Assembly: GCF_028641065.1 (NCBI RefSeq)
Contig: NC_073405.1
Span: 6,572,001 to 6,636,000 of the forward strand
Origin: Leucoraja erinacea
Taxonomy: Eukaryota
Length of the DNA: 64,000 nt
Direction: 5' to 3'
Under the pieces are notes generated by a model. It was not told the DNA's origin, did not search any database, and saw nothing but the letters and a program-made list of their open reading frames with translations. Positions within the stretch are counted from its first letter, which is position 1; every line of letters begins with the position of its first letter. Below are positions 35,116 through 48,640 of this stretch, piece after piece. A program made the position numbers and the translations under genes.

Positions 35116-37479
35116 CAAGAGACACACACACACCCTCAGAACACACACAGTAGTTTTGTATTACATGATGGAAAATTAACCTTATATAGAGAGATTCACA
35201 AAAAGCCACTTCCAATGACTTGATGTCATTTTGGCAAGTTGGTGAGGGGGGTTTTCTCGGTGCATTTGCGTTGACGTGGTTTCCACTAATCTTTCCTCAA
35301 CTGACCAAACACACCTGCTTCATCCATTTCATACTACCAAGAAAATGACAACACACACACACACACACACACAGCGGCGCAGCGGTACACTGCCTTACAG
35401 CGCCACACACCACAGGGTTCGATCCCGACTACGGGTGCTGTCTGTACGGAGTTTGTACGTACTCCCCGTGACCTGCGTGGATTTTCTCCGAGTTCTTCAG
35501 ATTCCTCTCACACTCCAAACACGTACAGCTTTATAAGTTAACTGGCTTGGTATCAGTGTGAATTGTCCCCTAGTGTGTGTAGGATAGTGTTAATATGCAG
35601 TGATCGCTGGTCGGCGCGGACTCGGTGGGCCCCACTGTATCTGTAAACTAAACTGTACAGCACATGAACAGGTCCTTCAGCAGAACATGATGCTGTGTTA
35701 AACTAATCTCATCTGTCTGCACCTGATCCATTCTCTGCATATCGCCACTATTGTATCGGCCTCCACCACCACCCCAGGCAGCACGTTCCAGGCACCCACC
35801 ACTCATTGTGTTGAACAATTGTCCCTCCCATCTCCTTTAAAATTTGTCCCTTAACATAAGCGCCCTGGGGAAAAGGTTGTGACTGTCGACCCTATCTATA
35901 CCTCTCATCATTTCATATACCTCTCTCAAGCATTCACAAGGATGTTGCCAGGACTCAAGGGCCTGAGCTATCGGGAGCGTTTACGCAAGCCTAGGACTAT
36001 TCCTTGGAGCGCAAGAGGATGAGGGGTGATCTTATAAAATATATAAAATAAAGCAGTAAAATTGGGGTAGGCCAGCGGCCCAGCATGTCGAGAGTTGCGA
36101 CCAACATGCCCCAGGACACTAGTCCCACCTGCCTGCGGGTGCCCCATATCGGAGTTTGTACCATACTATCCATGTACCAGCGTAAATGTTTCCTAAACAT
36201 TACACATTCCCTACACCCTACTGCGTACAGCCGGCATAAGTTCCACTGGCCATCATCCTATGTGTAAAAATTGTACCCCTAGTGTGTATTAAATAGTTTC
36301 CATATGCACCTTAAAGCTATGTCCTTTGCGTCCTCGGTGGGCCCCACTGTATGGGCAAGAAACTCTCTGTGTACAGCACAGGAACAGGTCCTCTCAGCAG
36401 TTTATGATGCTGTGTTCTAATCTCATCTGTCTGCACCTCATCCATTCTCTGCATATCAAGGAATATTGTATCTAGCCTGCCACCTCTCCCCAGAGCCCGT
36501 GATCCAGGCACCCACCACTCATTGTGTTGAACAATTGTCCCTCACCTTTTCCTTTGACAAATTTGTCCCTTGACAAACATGCCCTGGGATTGAACACTAA
36601 GTGACTGTCACCAACTATACAACTCTCAACATTTCATATACCAACTCTCAAGCATCACAAGGATGACTAATGAAGGACTTTTTGGCCACCTATCGGACCT
36701 GTGATGCAAGCCTAACACTCATTCCTTGTCAGCGCAAGACTTGGGGGGTGATCTTATAAAGCTATATAAAACTAAATAAATAGAATATTGTAACGGTCTC
36801 CTTGCATGTCTTTCTGAACAAAAACTGTTCAGGCAGCTACAGCTTGTGCCTGAACGCTGTTGCCCCATAGTTCTAAACCCACCAAATCCTTGTACCATTC
36901 TAAATTTTCCTAAATCATTACACAGTCCCTGCCTCAGATACGATCCTCCGGCCTGCCCATTCCCTACACCCACCATCCTATGGTTAAAAATGGTACCCAC
37001 TGACATGCTTCCTACATAAATCCTTCTAGACCCCTCTCAGATCTTCTGAAAGCTATCTGTTAGGATTCCCAGAGTAAATACAAAACTCTGGGCAAGAAAC
37101 TCTTGTGTGTCTACCCAATCTATAGCTGGAATGATTTTCCTGAAGATCGATAAGACTCACCGCAACTTTGACCACTTTTAAAACAAGGACTGAAAACTTT
37201 TAGCCTACTCAAGCTTTCAGCTAAATCTCTACCCTTTTAACTTTTGCATTTTGAGAATGGCAACATCCTCGTAAATTTGCTTTTGCTTTTCTTTTTCCAG
37301 CTTCAATTTTATTTCATGGTACCCGAAATGAACATTTTATTGCAGCCTGACCAACGTTTTATATGTGAAGCAACATGAGTCTGCCTTCGTATATGAAATG
37401 CTGCTATATGAAGGCCATTTTGTCCACCCTATCTACCTGTGATGCCTCTTTCAACAAATTATGTACCCGTACCCCTGGA

Positions 37480-37690
37480 TAGACACAAAAAGCTGGAGTG
37501 ACTCAGCGGGGACAGGCGGCATCTCTGGAGAGAAGGAATGGGTGACGTTTCGGGTCAAGGTCTGAAGAAGGGTCTCGACGCGAAACATCACCCATTCCTT
37601 CTCTCCAGAGATGCCGCCTGTCCCCACTGAGTTACTCCAGCTTTTTGTGTCTATCTTCGGTTTAAACCAGCATCTGCAGTTCTTTCCCAC
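37480..37690. mobile_element. Inverted Penelope pLTR pair (long hairpin)
   Basis: GATAGACACAAAAAGCTGGAGT…GGGTGACGTTTCG and its reverse complement CGAAACATCACCC…CTCCAGCTTTTTGTGTCTATC. Confidence 0.75.
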
Positions 37691-38749
37691 CTGTATTCCC
37701 AGTTCCCTCTGCTCTACAACACGATCCCTACCATTGACTGTGCATGTTGGTGCTCCTAAAATGCAACTCCTGACATTACCCTGTTCTGGCGACATGCTGG
37801 AACGTGCCGAGCGATACACCTCACTCACCGACGGTGTCGCTTGTTGGGCAACGGCAACTCTCCGATGGGCAACGGTCACGAGGAAATATATTTTTAACTT
37901 CAATGCATGACATGCAATGATCGCTTCTGAGAAATGGAGCGTCCATAAAAAAACACAAAGCCCAGAGCGACGGAAACATGCGGGAAGAGATAAGATGTTC
38001 TTGTGGCAGCGCCAAAGAATAGGACAACTTCTCCTGCACGCTGAAGAAGAAATACTTTCCTCATTCCCTGAAAGGATCAAGGTACTTGTTTCGTTTAATT
38101 AACTGGAAAGATTTAAGTTTGTACTTGGCCTTCTTCTTATCGAGTTCACACACAAGATCAGAAGTTGTTCAGCCAGAGATGAACGCACTTCTCGGCAGCT
38201 GTCTGTCTTGTCGTTCTTGTTGCTTCTAGTGCGTGTGGTGGCGGTGGAAAGATTGGTGGAAACAGGGCCGCGACGTGAACGCTCTTTCCTTGACCCCGGT
38301 ACATTTCAATTTTGGGCCGTATTTAAAATTTGGGGCAAAAGGTATAAGGGAGACATGAGGGGTAACTATTTCACATGATCTGGAACATATTCTGGTGGCA
38401 CGGTGGCGCAGGGGTAGGGTTGCTGCCTCACAGCGCCAGAGACCTGGGTTTGATCCTGACTCAGGGTGCTGTCTGTACGGAGTTTGCACGTTCTCCCTGT
38501 GACCTCGTGGGTTTTCTCCGGGTGTTCCGGTTTTCTCCCACATTTCAAAGATATACAGGTTTATAGGTTAATTGGCCTCCGTAGACTGTCCCTAGTGTGT
38601 AGGATAGATTGAGATGAATAGAGAAAAATGGGAAAACGAACATGTTCCAATTCGTATGAAAAGATAATCATTTTAATGTGTTTTAAAATTAAATCATGTT
38701 TCTATTTCAATTAATCCACTAATTGCTTTTAGGTTTGGTGGTTTAAAGA

Positions 38750-39047
38750 TGTTTAGAATAAAGGGGAGGTCATTTAAGACTGAGGTGAGGAAAAACCTTT
38801 TCTCCCAGAGAGTTGTGAATTTATGGAATTCCCTGCCACAGAGGGCAGTGGAGGCCAAGTCACTGGATGGATTTAAGAGAGAGTTACATAGAGCTCTAGG
38901 GGCTAGTGGAGTCAACGGATATGGGGAGAAGGCAGGCATGGGTTATTGATAGGGGACGATCAGCCATGATCACAATGAATGGCGGTGCTGGCTCGAAGGG
39001 CCGAATGGTCTCCTCCTGCACCCATTTTCTATGTTTCTATGTTTCTA
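38750..39047 (+). mobile_element. CR1 LINE 3' end
   Basis: RIKGRSFKTEVRKNLFSQRVVNLWNSLP; (TTTCTATG)n tail. Confidence 0.8.
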
Positions 39048-39917
39048 TGTAAAGCTGAGAGTCGATTTAAATAAATTAAATCTCTCCATCTTGGGGAGGA
39101 TAAATAGTGAAACTGAGGGACTGAATGAATAACTTGTCTTGCGCAGCTGGTACAGCCTCACCGCACGGCGCCAGAAAAAACCCCGGTTCGATCCTGACCT
39201 CGGGTGCTGTCTATGCGGAGTTTGCACGTTCCCTCAGCGACCGCGTGGGTTTTCTCCGGGTGCTCCGGTTTCCTACCACATCCAATGGAGGTGCGGGTTT
39301 GTAAGTTAGTTGGCCTTTTGTGTAAAAATTGCCCCTGGTATGTCGGGAGTGGATGTGAGTGTGGGGCAATGGAGAACGAGTGTGAAGGGGTGATCGATGG
39401 TCGGCGTGGACTTTGTGGGCGGTGGACCCTGTTTCCATGCTGTAAAGTAAATTAAACAAATTAATTGCCCTTCATAAATTGGTGAGCATTTTTTGCTCAG
39501 GGATGTAAACTGCTGTGTTAACATGTACTAAACCTTAATTTGAACACAGGGCAATGAGGATAGAGGAGAGTCTGAGTCCTCTTTTTCAGCAGAGACATGA
39601 ATGAAAGGAGTGGCTGGAGAAGTGAAAGAAAGAGTTAAAGTCTGCGCTCACTAAAACGCATGCTTTAGAAAAATATTTACCCTTGTGCCCCTTTCGTGGT
39701 CCAAGCTAAACAACCGAAAGGAATCCAGAAATCATGTGAGAACTGCCATCGATTTGACCTCCGATGTTTACACAGCCTGTGACCCATTAATAAAAAACAT
39801 TGCGGCATTACTACCTAATTGCAGATCCTTTATTCCTTGTCTAGATACAAACCGTTCCGTCAAGGCAGCAGCTCAGGTTCAACGCAGAAAACAGCTCGGA
39901 GGACCAAGTGCGACAAA

Positions 39918-40008
39918 ATGAACCGCACTCTGTTGCTGCAGGTTGTTCTACTGACCCTGTGTGTGGTCTGGTGCGGGGCGAGAGACGGCCCTACTCTAGA
40001 CTATGATG
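39918..40008 (+). CDS. F2RL3: PAR-like copy 4, exon 1 (MNRTLLLQVVLLTLCVVWCGARDGPTLDYD-)
   Basis: ATG, typical signal peptide, 30 codons + 1 nt, donor G|GTGAGT at 40009. Phase 1 matches the acceptor at 49735. The symbol is tentative (see exon 2). Confidence 0.75.
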
Positions 40009-40349
40009 GTGAGTTGATTCTGTTTATAATGTCATTCTGCCCGTGTCAAAGCATGAAGAGTGCTCTAGCAGAAACTGCGTCGCTTGTTTCTTACTAACCC
40101 CACCCCATCCCCAGTCAAGCCTGAATCATCCCACCACAACCAGAGAGCAGAGCTGAACTACTATCTACCTCATTGGTGATCCTTGGATTCTTCTTGATCT
40201 GGCTTAACCTTGCACTAAACGTTATTCCCTTGTCGTGCATCTCTACACTGTAAATGGATTTGATTGTAATCATGTACAGTCTCTACGTTGACCGCTTAGC
40301 TTTTCGCTGCACCTCGGTACACATGACAATAAACTAAACTGAACTCTAC

Positions 40350-41603
40350 TGAAGGGAGCAACGCTTGAAGTGTCTTGTGAAGCTCGGGAAAGAATAACCA
40401 AATGCATTAGTACTCAAATAGAGAAAGCTAGTAGACAGATTGGGAGGCAGGAAGCAGAAAAGGGAAGCACTCGGACACAAGAGGAGAAAGAAAAAAAAGG
40501 AAATAAACAGAGAATAAGAGACGGGGGGTTTCTTAAATGTGCATATTTTAATGCTAGGAGCATTGTAAGAAAGGTGGATGAGCTTAGAGTCTGGATAGAC
40601 ACCTGGAAGTATGATGTTGTGGCGATCAGTGAAACATGGTTGCAGGAGGGCTGTGATTGGAAACTAAATATTCCAGGATTTCGTTGCTTCAGGTGTGATA
40701 AATTATATAGGGGGTGTTGTGGAAGTCTCTACAAAGTGATTTAGGCCATTTGGAAAAATGGGCTGAAAGATGGCAGATGGAGTTTAATGCTGATAAATGT
40801 GAGGTGCTACACCTTGGCAGGACAAATCAAAATAGGACGTACATGGTAAATGGTAGGGCATTGAAGAATACAGTTGAACAGAGGGATCTGGGAATAACCG
40901 TGCATAGTTCCTTGAAGGTGGAATCTCATATAGATAGGGTGGTAAAGAAAGCTTTTGGTATGCTAGCCTTTATAAATCAGAGCATTAAGTATAGAAGCTG
41001 GGATGTAATGATAAAATTGTACAAGGCATTGGTGAGACCAAATCTGGAGTATGGTGTACAATTTTGATCGCCCAATTATAGGAAGGATGTCAACAAAATA
41101 GAGAGAGTACAGAGGAGATTTACTAGAATGTTGCCTGGGTTTCAACAACTAAGTTACAGAGATAGGTTGAATAAGTTAGGTCTTTATTCTCTGGAGCGCA
41201 GAAGGTTAAGGGGGGACTTGATAGAGGTCTTTAAAATGATGAGAGGGAATAGACAGAGTTGATGTGGACAAGCTTTTCCCTTTGAGAATGGGGAAGATTC
41301 AAACAAGAGGACATGACTTCAGAATTAAGGGACAGAAGTTTAGGGGTAACATGAGGGGGAACTTCTTTACTCAGAGAATGGTAGCGGTGTGGAATGAGCT
41401 TCCAGTGGAAGTGGTGGAGGCAGGTTCGTTGGTATCATTTAAAAATAAATTAGATAGGCATATGGATGAGAAGGGAATGGGGGGTTATGGTATGAGTGCA
41501 GGCAGGTGGGACTAAGGGAAAAAGGTTGTTCGGCACGGACTTGTAGGGCCGAGATGGCCTGTTTCCGTGCTGTAATTGTTATATGGTTATATGGTTATGG
41601 TTA
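40350..41603 (+). mobile_element. CR1 LINE with a large internal deletion (APE start joined to RT end)
   Basis: FNARSIVRKVDEL…DVVAISETWL, then LQSDL..LEKWAERWQMEFNADKC…LVRPNLEY; (ATATGGTT)n tail. Confidence 0.85.
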
Positions 41604-41618
41604 TTAGGAGGAGAGTTA

Positions 41619-41823
41619 TGCCCCTGTTCCACTTATGAAACCTGAACGGAAACCTCTGGAGACTTTGTACCCCACCCAAGGTTTTTGTCAGTCTCCCTAC
41701 CTGCTTCCACTACCTGCAACCTCCGGCAACCACCTGCAACCTCCGGGAACCGCACGAAAACCTTGGGCGGGGCACAAAGTCTCCAGAGGTTTCCGTTCAG
41801 GTTTCCTAAGTGGGACAGGGGCA
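41619..41823. mobile_element. PIF/Harbinger-type MITE
   Basis: TIRs of about 50 bp (TGCCCCTGTTCCACTTA…GGAGACTTTG and its complement) with a TTA target duplication at 41616-41618 and 41824-41826. Confidence 0.88.
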
Positions 41824-43071
41824 TTATTAGGGTTTTCATTCTGGGTAACTCGATGCATCTAATGCTTCAATCAAAGGACATTGTGGAAACTGGACAAAAT
41901 GTCCAGGGTCTGTGTGTGGATGGGTCCATCATCTGAAGGGTCTCCTTTTCCCATAATAAGGAACTTTTATTATGAAGTCACAGTGTACAAAATACTGCGT
42001 CCATCAAAACTGCTATTCGTGCAGTTTGTAAACATCAGCCATTGGTTGGTGGCAAAAAATGCTGGAGTAACGCAGCGGGCGAGGCAGCATCTATGGAGAG
42101 AAGGAATCGGGACCCGAAACGTCGCCCATTCCTTCCCTCCATAGATGCTGTCTCGCCCGCTGAGTTACTCCAGCATTTTGTGTCTACCTCTGATTTGACC
42201 AGCATCTGCAGTTCTTGCAGGCTAGATGCAGGAAGATTGTTCCCAATGTTGGGGAAGTCCAGGACAAGGGGTCACAGTTTAAGGATAAAGGGGAAATCCT
42301 TTAGGAGCAAGATGAGAAAAACATTTTTCACACAGAGAGTGGTGAATCTCTGGAACTCTCTGCCACAGAAGGTAGTTGAGGCCACAGTTCATTGGCTATA
42401 TTTAAGAGGGAGTTAGGTGTGGCCTTTGTGGCTAGTGGGATCAGGGGGTATGGAGAGAAGGCAGGTACAGGATACTGAGTTGGATGATCAGCCATGATCA
42501 TATTGAATGGCGGTGCAGGCTCGAAGGGCCAAATGGCCTCTACTCCTGCACCTATTGTCTATGTTTCTTACACAGTTGATGGTACAGCATCTACACTAGT
42601 CCCACCTGCCTGTGACTGACCCATATCCCTCTACACCTGTCCTATCCATGTACCTGTCCAAATGTTCCTTAACTGTTGTGGTAGTACCCCCTCTGGCAGC
42701 TCGCTCCATACACCCACCACCCTTTGTGTAAAATATATTGCCCCTCAGTTTCCTAGTAAATCTTTACCCCTCTCACCTTAAACTTATGTCCTCTGGTTCT
42801 CGGTCCTGGGTTAAAGACTCTGTGCATTCACCCTTTCTGTTTCGCTGATCATGTTATGCATCTCTTTCCGATCACCCCCCCCCCCCAGCCTCCTGCACTT
42901 CCTATTTAATCTCCCCCCCCCTCACCTTAGAGCAGTGATCTGTGCTGGGACCTCTGCTGTTTGTGAGTATGTATATATATATATATATGAACTAAAGATG
43001 TCCACCACTTTATTATCCCTGATGATATCAAGCTTCTTGAATAATGTGGGAGAGATGAAGATAGATGAAGA

Positions 43072-43848
43072 GTATTATCTAAATGGTGGCCGATTGGGAA
43101 AGGGGGAGATGCAGCGAGACCTAGGTGTCGTGGTACACCAGTCATTGAAGGTAGCCATGCAGGTGCAGCAGGCAGTAAAGAAAGCGAATGGTATGTTAGC
43201 TTTCATTGCAAAAGGATTTGAGTATAGGAGCAGGGAGGTTCTACTGCAGTTGTACAGGGTCTTGGTGAGACCACACCTGGAGTATTGCGTACAGTTTTGG
43301 TCTCCAAATCTGAGGAAGGACATTATTGCCATAGAGGGAGTGCAGAGACGGTTCACCAGACTGATTCCTGGGATGTCAGGACTGTCTTATGAAGAAAGAC
43401 TGGATAGACTTGGTTTATACTCTCTAGAATTTAGGAGATTGAGAGGGGATCTTATAGAAACTTACAAAATTCTTAAGGGGTTGGACAGGCTAGATGCAGG
43501 AAGATTGTTCCCGATGGTAGGGAAGTCCACGACAAGGGGTCACAGCTTAAGGATAAGGGGGAAATCCTTTAAAACCGAGATGAGAACTTTTTTCACACAG
43601 AGAGTGGTGAATCTCTGGAACTCTCTGCCACAGAGGGTAGTTGAGGCCAGTTCATTGGCTATATTTAAGAGGGAGTTAGATGTGGCCCTTGTGGCTAAGG
43701 GGATCAGGGGGTATGGAGAGAAGGCAGGTACGGGACACTGAGTTGGATGATCAGCCATGATCATATTGAATGGCGGTGCAGGCTCGAAGGGCCGAATGGC
43801 CTACTCCTGCACCTAATTTCTATGTTTCTATGTTTCTATGTTTCTATA
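43072..43848 (+). mobile_element. Young CR1 LINE 3' fragment in copy 4 intron
   Basis: Open RT C-terminal frame YYLNGGRLGKG…LVRPHLEYCVQFWSP…; (TTTCTATG)n tail; nearly identical to 62731-63611. Confidence 0.88.
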
Positions 43849-43879
43849 TTAATACCAACCAAAGCTGACATTAACTAGG

Positions 43880-44208
43880 GCACCCACGGTGGCGCAGCAG
43901 TAGAGTTGCTGCCTTGCAGCGCTCGCAGCACCAGAGACCCGGGTTCGATCCCAACTATGGGTGCTGCCTGTACGGAGTTTGCACGTTCTTCCCGTGAGCT
44001 GCGTGGGTTTTCTCCGAGATCTTCGGTTTCCTCCCGCACTCCAACAGTGTGGGAGGAAATTGAAGATCTCGAAGTTTGTTGGTTCATTGGCTTGGTATAA
44101 ATGTAAATTGTCCCTAGTTTGTGTAAGGCAGTGTTAATGTGCGGGGATAGCACGGTGGGCCGAAGGGTCTGTTTCCGCGCTGTATCTCTAAACTGAACTC
44201 AACTAAAC
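43880..44208 (+). mobile_element. Full-length HE1/V-SINE-type SINE (representative of many copies in the window)
   Basis: A box TGGCGCAGCAGTAG, B box GGTTCGATCCC, V-domain, CR1-like tail and CTAAA repeats. Other copies lie near 4845, 11372, 27710, 32040, 35375, 38397, 39140, 56168 and 62170. Confidence 0.8.
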
Positions 44209-44435
44209 TTAGTACCACTCGGTGGCAACAAAACTGACTGACTCCAGCGTTATAGTGGTACTAATTGTTGCTTGTAGTGATTAATATTGCAATTAACTGT
44301 ACACGGTAAATAGTGCATTGATGAGGTCTTGAGACGGAAGCCCGCAGCTCTCTGAAAGTAGCAACAGAAGCAGATAGACTGGTAAAGAAGTAGAGCATCC
44401 TTGCCTTCATTAGTTACCGGAGGGCGGGGGTTGAG

Positions 44436-44545
44436 CAGTGGCGGACTGGGTCTAAAAATATTGGTTGCCAGGAGACAAAGGGGGCCCACTTCATCAGAGG
44501 CCACTTGCAATCGGGCAAGCTGACATCCTGGCCAGTCCACCACTG
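44436..44545. mobile_element. 110-bp hAT-type MITE
   Basis: TIRs CAGTGGCGGACTGG and CCAGTCCACCACTG with 8-bp TSD GGGTTGAG (44428-44435, 44546-44553). A second, truncated copy lies at 61304-61437. Confidence 0.88.
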
Positions 44546-46055
44546 GGGTTGAGTATAGAAATTGTAGAGTCACGTTGCAGTTGCAGTTATGTAAAACTTT
44601 GGAAGGGACATATTTGGAGTATTGTGCTGGAGTTGTGGTCGCTGTATTACAGGAAGGATGTGGAGGCTTTGGATTAGGCACCTCCTACATTAACCCCCCA
44701 TCATCCAGCACTTAGTTTATAGCTCTGTATGCTCTAGTGATTACAGTATTCTTGTAGATACTTCTTAACCTTATAGATTAATCTTGTGGTATGATACTAA
44801 TTTTATAGAGGTGTATAAAATCATGAGAGGCTTTGATCGGGTAGACGCACAGAGTCTCTTGCCCAGAGTAGGGGAATCGAGAGCCAGAGGGCATAGGTTA
44901 AAGGTGAAAGGGGAAAGATTTAATAGGAACCTGAATGGGTAACTTTTTCATACAAAGGATGGTGGGTGTATGGATCGAGCTGGCGGAGGAGGCAGTTGAG
45001 GCAGGAACTATCGCAACGTTTAAGTTAGGGGCTAGGCAAGGTGAATGCTGGGCCTGCACTCGCTGGAGTTTAGAAGGATGAGGGGGAGACCTCATTGAAA
45101 CTTCACCGAATTGCGAAAAGCCTGGATAGTGGATGTGGAGAGGACGTTTCCACTAGTGGGAGAGTCTAGGACCAGAGGCCACGCCTCAGAATAAAAGGAC
45201 GTACCTTCTTTAGAAAGATGAGGCGGAATTTCTTTAATCAGAGGGTGGAGACTCTGTGGAATTCATTGCCACATAAGGCTGTGGGTGCCAAGTCATTGTA
45301 TATTTTTAAGGGGAAGATAGATAGATTCTTGAGTGGTATGGGTGTCGGGAGCTACGGAGAGGGGGCAGGAGAATGGGATTGAGAGGAAAAGATAGATCAG
45401 CCATGGCGGAGTAGACGTGATGGGCCGAATGGCCTAATTCTGCTCCTACAACTTATGAACGGGTGATCAAAGGTCAATGTGGGCCGAAGAGCCTGTTTCC
45501 ATGCTGTACCTTTCAATCCATTAATTAAACAGTCGCATCTTGGTTCCAAAACATAGAATGGAATGTTTTTTTTAAAGGATCAGAAGGCCAGAAAGCAGTG
45601 GAAAATCCCAGCGTTGAATAGTGCTGCTGAGCCTACAATGTTTTAGTCACAAACAATAAACTATGTTTACTGCAACTGCGCAGGCAGAGAATCGTTGGGA
45701 TGTGTTCTCTGGAAACTGCTCCCTTCCTGGGATTGTATTTTGTATCCTGGAGATGTAACTTTACCGTAATCTTTCTGAGTCATCAAGGAGAAACACTCCA
45801 CTGGTTGCTCTGTCACGGACTCAAAGTAAACATGCCGAACAATTGCTCGCTATCTCTTTACACGGGTAATGCAGGATTATGTTCCTTTGCATTCATTACA
45901 TGGTGGCTTGGCAGCACAGCAGCAGATGTTAGTTTCGTTATTATTCGCTGTGTTATTCCAGAATTTTGTTCATGTTCTGAAATTCTTGAAGCAGGATCAG
46001 GCCATTCGGCCCATCAAGCCTACTCCGACATTCAAACATGGCTGATCTATCTTTT

Positions 46056-46532
46056 GGGATGTCAGGACTTTCATATGAAGAAAGACTGGATAGACCCGGC
46101 TTGTACTCGCTAGAATTTAGAAGATTGAGGGGGGGGGATCTTATAGAAACTTACAAAATTCTTAAGGGGTTGGACAGGCTAGATGCAGGAAGATTGTTCC
46201 CGATGTCGGTGAAGTCCAGAACAAAGGGTCACAGCTTAAGGATAAGGAGGAAATCTTTTAGGACCGAGATGAGAAAAACATTTTTAACATAGAGAGTGGT
46301 GAATCTGTGTGTGGGAATTCTCTGCCACAGAAGGTAGTTGAGGCCACAGTTCATTGGCTATATTTAAGAGGGAGTTAGATGTGGCCCTTGTGGCTAAAGG
46401 TATCAGGGGGGTATGGAGAGAAGGCAGGTGCAGGATACTGAGTTGGATGATCAGCCATGATCATATTGAATGGCAGTGCAGGCTCGAAGGGCCGAATGGC
46501 CTACTCCTGCACCTAATTTCCTATGTTTCTAT
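46056..46532 (+). mobile_element. CR1 LINE 3' fragment
   Basis: GMSGLSYEERLDR.GLYSLEFRRLRG…; CR1 3' stem-loop tail. Confidence 0.8.
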
Positions 46533-47687
46533 GCTCCTGCCTTCTCCCCATAACCCCTGACACCCGTACTAAACAACCCTTTACCAATTTTGTGACTGTC
46601 AATAAAAAGAGAGATTGTCCTGCAATATTTTAAGTCAACAGCAGAGGGAGATGGTATCTGAGCGCAGGTCGAGATGGCCTGTTTCCGTGCTGTAATTATT
46701 ATATGGTTATATATGGTTATATGGTTATATGAGATGTGGAAAAGCAGTCCCCTTATCTCCCGTTTTACAGTGGAACATTCCTCTGTAAAATGCTCTCATC
46801 TAAATGTTCTTGGGATAACTTGTGCTGCTTGAACAGCTGGAATGAAACAAATGACTCCGCTCTCCAGTTTAGTACGGGTGTCAGAGGCTATGGGGAGAAG
46901 GCAGGAGAATGGGGTTAGGATGGAGAGGTAGATCAGTCATGATTGAATGGCCTAATTCTACGCCTATTCCTTATGATATGATCTTATGACCTCTTTGGGC
47001 TAAATCACCATGAACAATGTTTTAATATAAAGCTGCAGCGTATACAATTATTAGATCATTCTACACAAGCATGAAGATATTATTTTTATTCTCTGGAGTT
47101 GGTGGTTAGGATTGTTATCGTTAGAAATCCCACCTTCCCACAAAGCTAGGAAGTCAACTATACAATAACAGGATGCACCATTTCATTCTGGCAGACATTG
47201 AGCGTTTCCTTGAAGCTTTTCCTCTGTAATATCTTTTTCCGTTGCACAATTCGGAATAAAGTATCTGTTTCAGGATTCAGTTGTCGGGTACTGGAATAAC
47301 TCGGCTCTCTCTTGAATATGGATGCTCCTATATTTTTAGCAAAATTCCCTGGGTCTAGGTTGCCCCCCAAGAAGAAACATCTCCTCATCCACCCATTTCA
47401 AGATCTTATCTCTTTCAATCAAGTCCCCATTCATTTCAGAGTTTGGACTTTAGAGATACAGCGCAGTGATACACAGCCCACCGAGTCCGCACTGACCAGG
47501 GATCGCCCCGTATACCAGTACTATCCTACACACTAGGGACAATTTACAATTTTTACCCAAGCCAATTAACCTTCAAACCTGTATGTCTTTGGAGTGTAGG
47601 AGGATACTGGAGCACCCCCGGAGAAAGCCCCCAAACGAGTCACGGGGAGAATGTGCAAACTCCATACAGACAGCATCCGTAGTCAGG

Positions 47688-48115
47688 TTCTTCTTCTTCA
47701 TGCGAATGAAACATAAACCAAAGGAATAGTTGGGTCTCAAGCCGGGTGTTGAGCAGGCAGGTTGCGGTCTCTGTTGGCGTCAATGTCTGCCAGGCCCCGA
47801 CACAGCTCCATATGGTGGGTGGTAGAGCGGGCACACAGAGATGACATGGTTGTCTGTCTGTTGTTCTGCTCCACATTCACAGGCTGGGCTCTGGCGGAGG
47901 GAGACCCCCATCTCCACACGCTGGCATTGAACGTCCAACTCCAGCACCAAGTCTGTTGAGCTTCATCCATCTACGCTCCTCTGGGGAGGTCGGACCCTGG
48001 ACAGCTTTGATCTGGTGAAGAGATGTAGCTGTGTAATGGAGATGAGGTTGCCTTGCACTCCTGTGACCACATGGTGGCTATCCCGTGTGCTTTTGGACCG
48101 AGAGACAGTGTGCTT
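47688..48115 (-). mobile_element. Vingi/Ingi-like LINE 3' fragment inserted in a SINE
   Basis: Minus-strand frames give GSDLPRG..MKLNRL.AGVG…WRWG…ACECGAEQQT..HV; (GAA)n tail; TCAGG on both sides. Confidence 0.55.
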
Positions 48116-48444
48116 TCAGGATCGAACTTTAGTCTCTGGCGCTGAAAGGCAGCAACTCTACCGCTGTGCCACCGTGCCGGAAGCAATACTGCGCTGTCCT
48201 TAGGATACAAGCCGGTCCTGTGCAAACTTGTCTTTGAAGACGACTCTCACATTCAACTTAAACTTCCTTATAATTGCTTTCAATGCACAAACATCCTTAC
48301 TTAACACATGAGTCCAATAATGTAAACACTGCTGTGTTCCAGCTGTGGTTTCACCAATGCTCCATATAATTAAGGAGGAGTTCATTTGAGGTCTTGCTTG
48401 GATTAAACTGGAAACTACCTGATGCTGTCAAACAGTCTGTGACC

Positions 48445-48640
48445 GAGAGAGGGAGAGCAGCAGAGAGAGGGAGAGGGAGAGAGAGACAGAGAGAGAGGGA
48501 GAGAGGGAGAGAGGAGAGAGAGGGAGAGAGAGGGGAGAGAGAGGGAAGAGAGAGGGAGAGAGAGGAGAGAAGAGGGAGAGAGAGAGAGGGAGAGAGGGAG
48601 AGGGAGAGAGGGAGAGAGGGAGAGAGGGAGAGAGAGGGAG
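48445..48640. repeat. GA-rich polypurine microsatellite
   Basis: Imperfect (GA)n/(GGGAGA)n tract. Confidence 0.9.

Noticed and set aside
34667-35223. ORFs spanning the N gaps
   Set aside because: Artefacts of unknown bases.
42851-43741. 296-aa ORF as a host gene
   Set aside because: Chance upstream extension of a CR1 RT C-terminal fragment.
43880-43960. tRNA-like A and B boxes here and at many other sites
   Set aside because: These are SINE heads that continue into the V-domain and tail; no complete cloverleaf.
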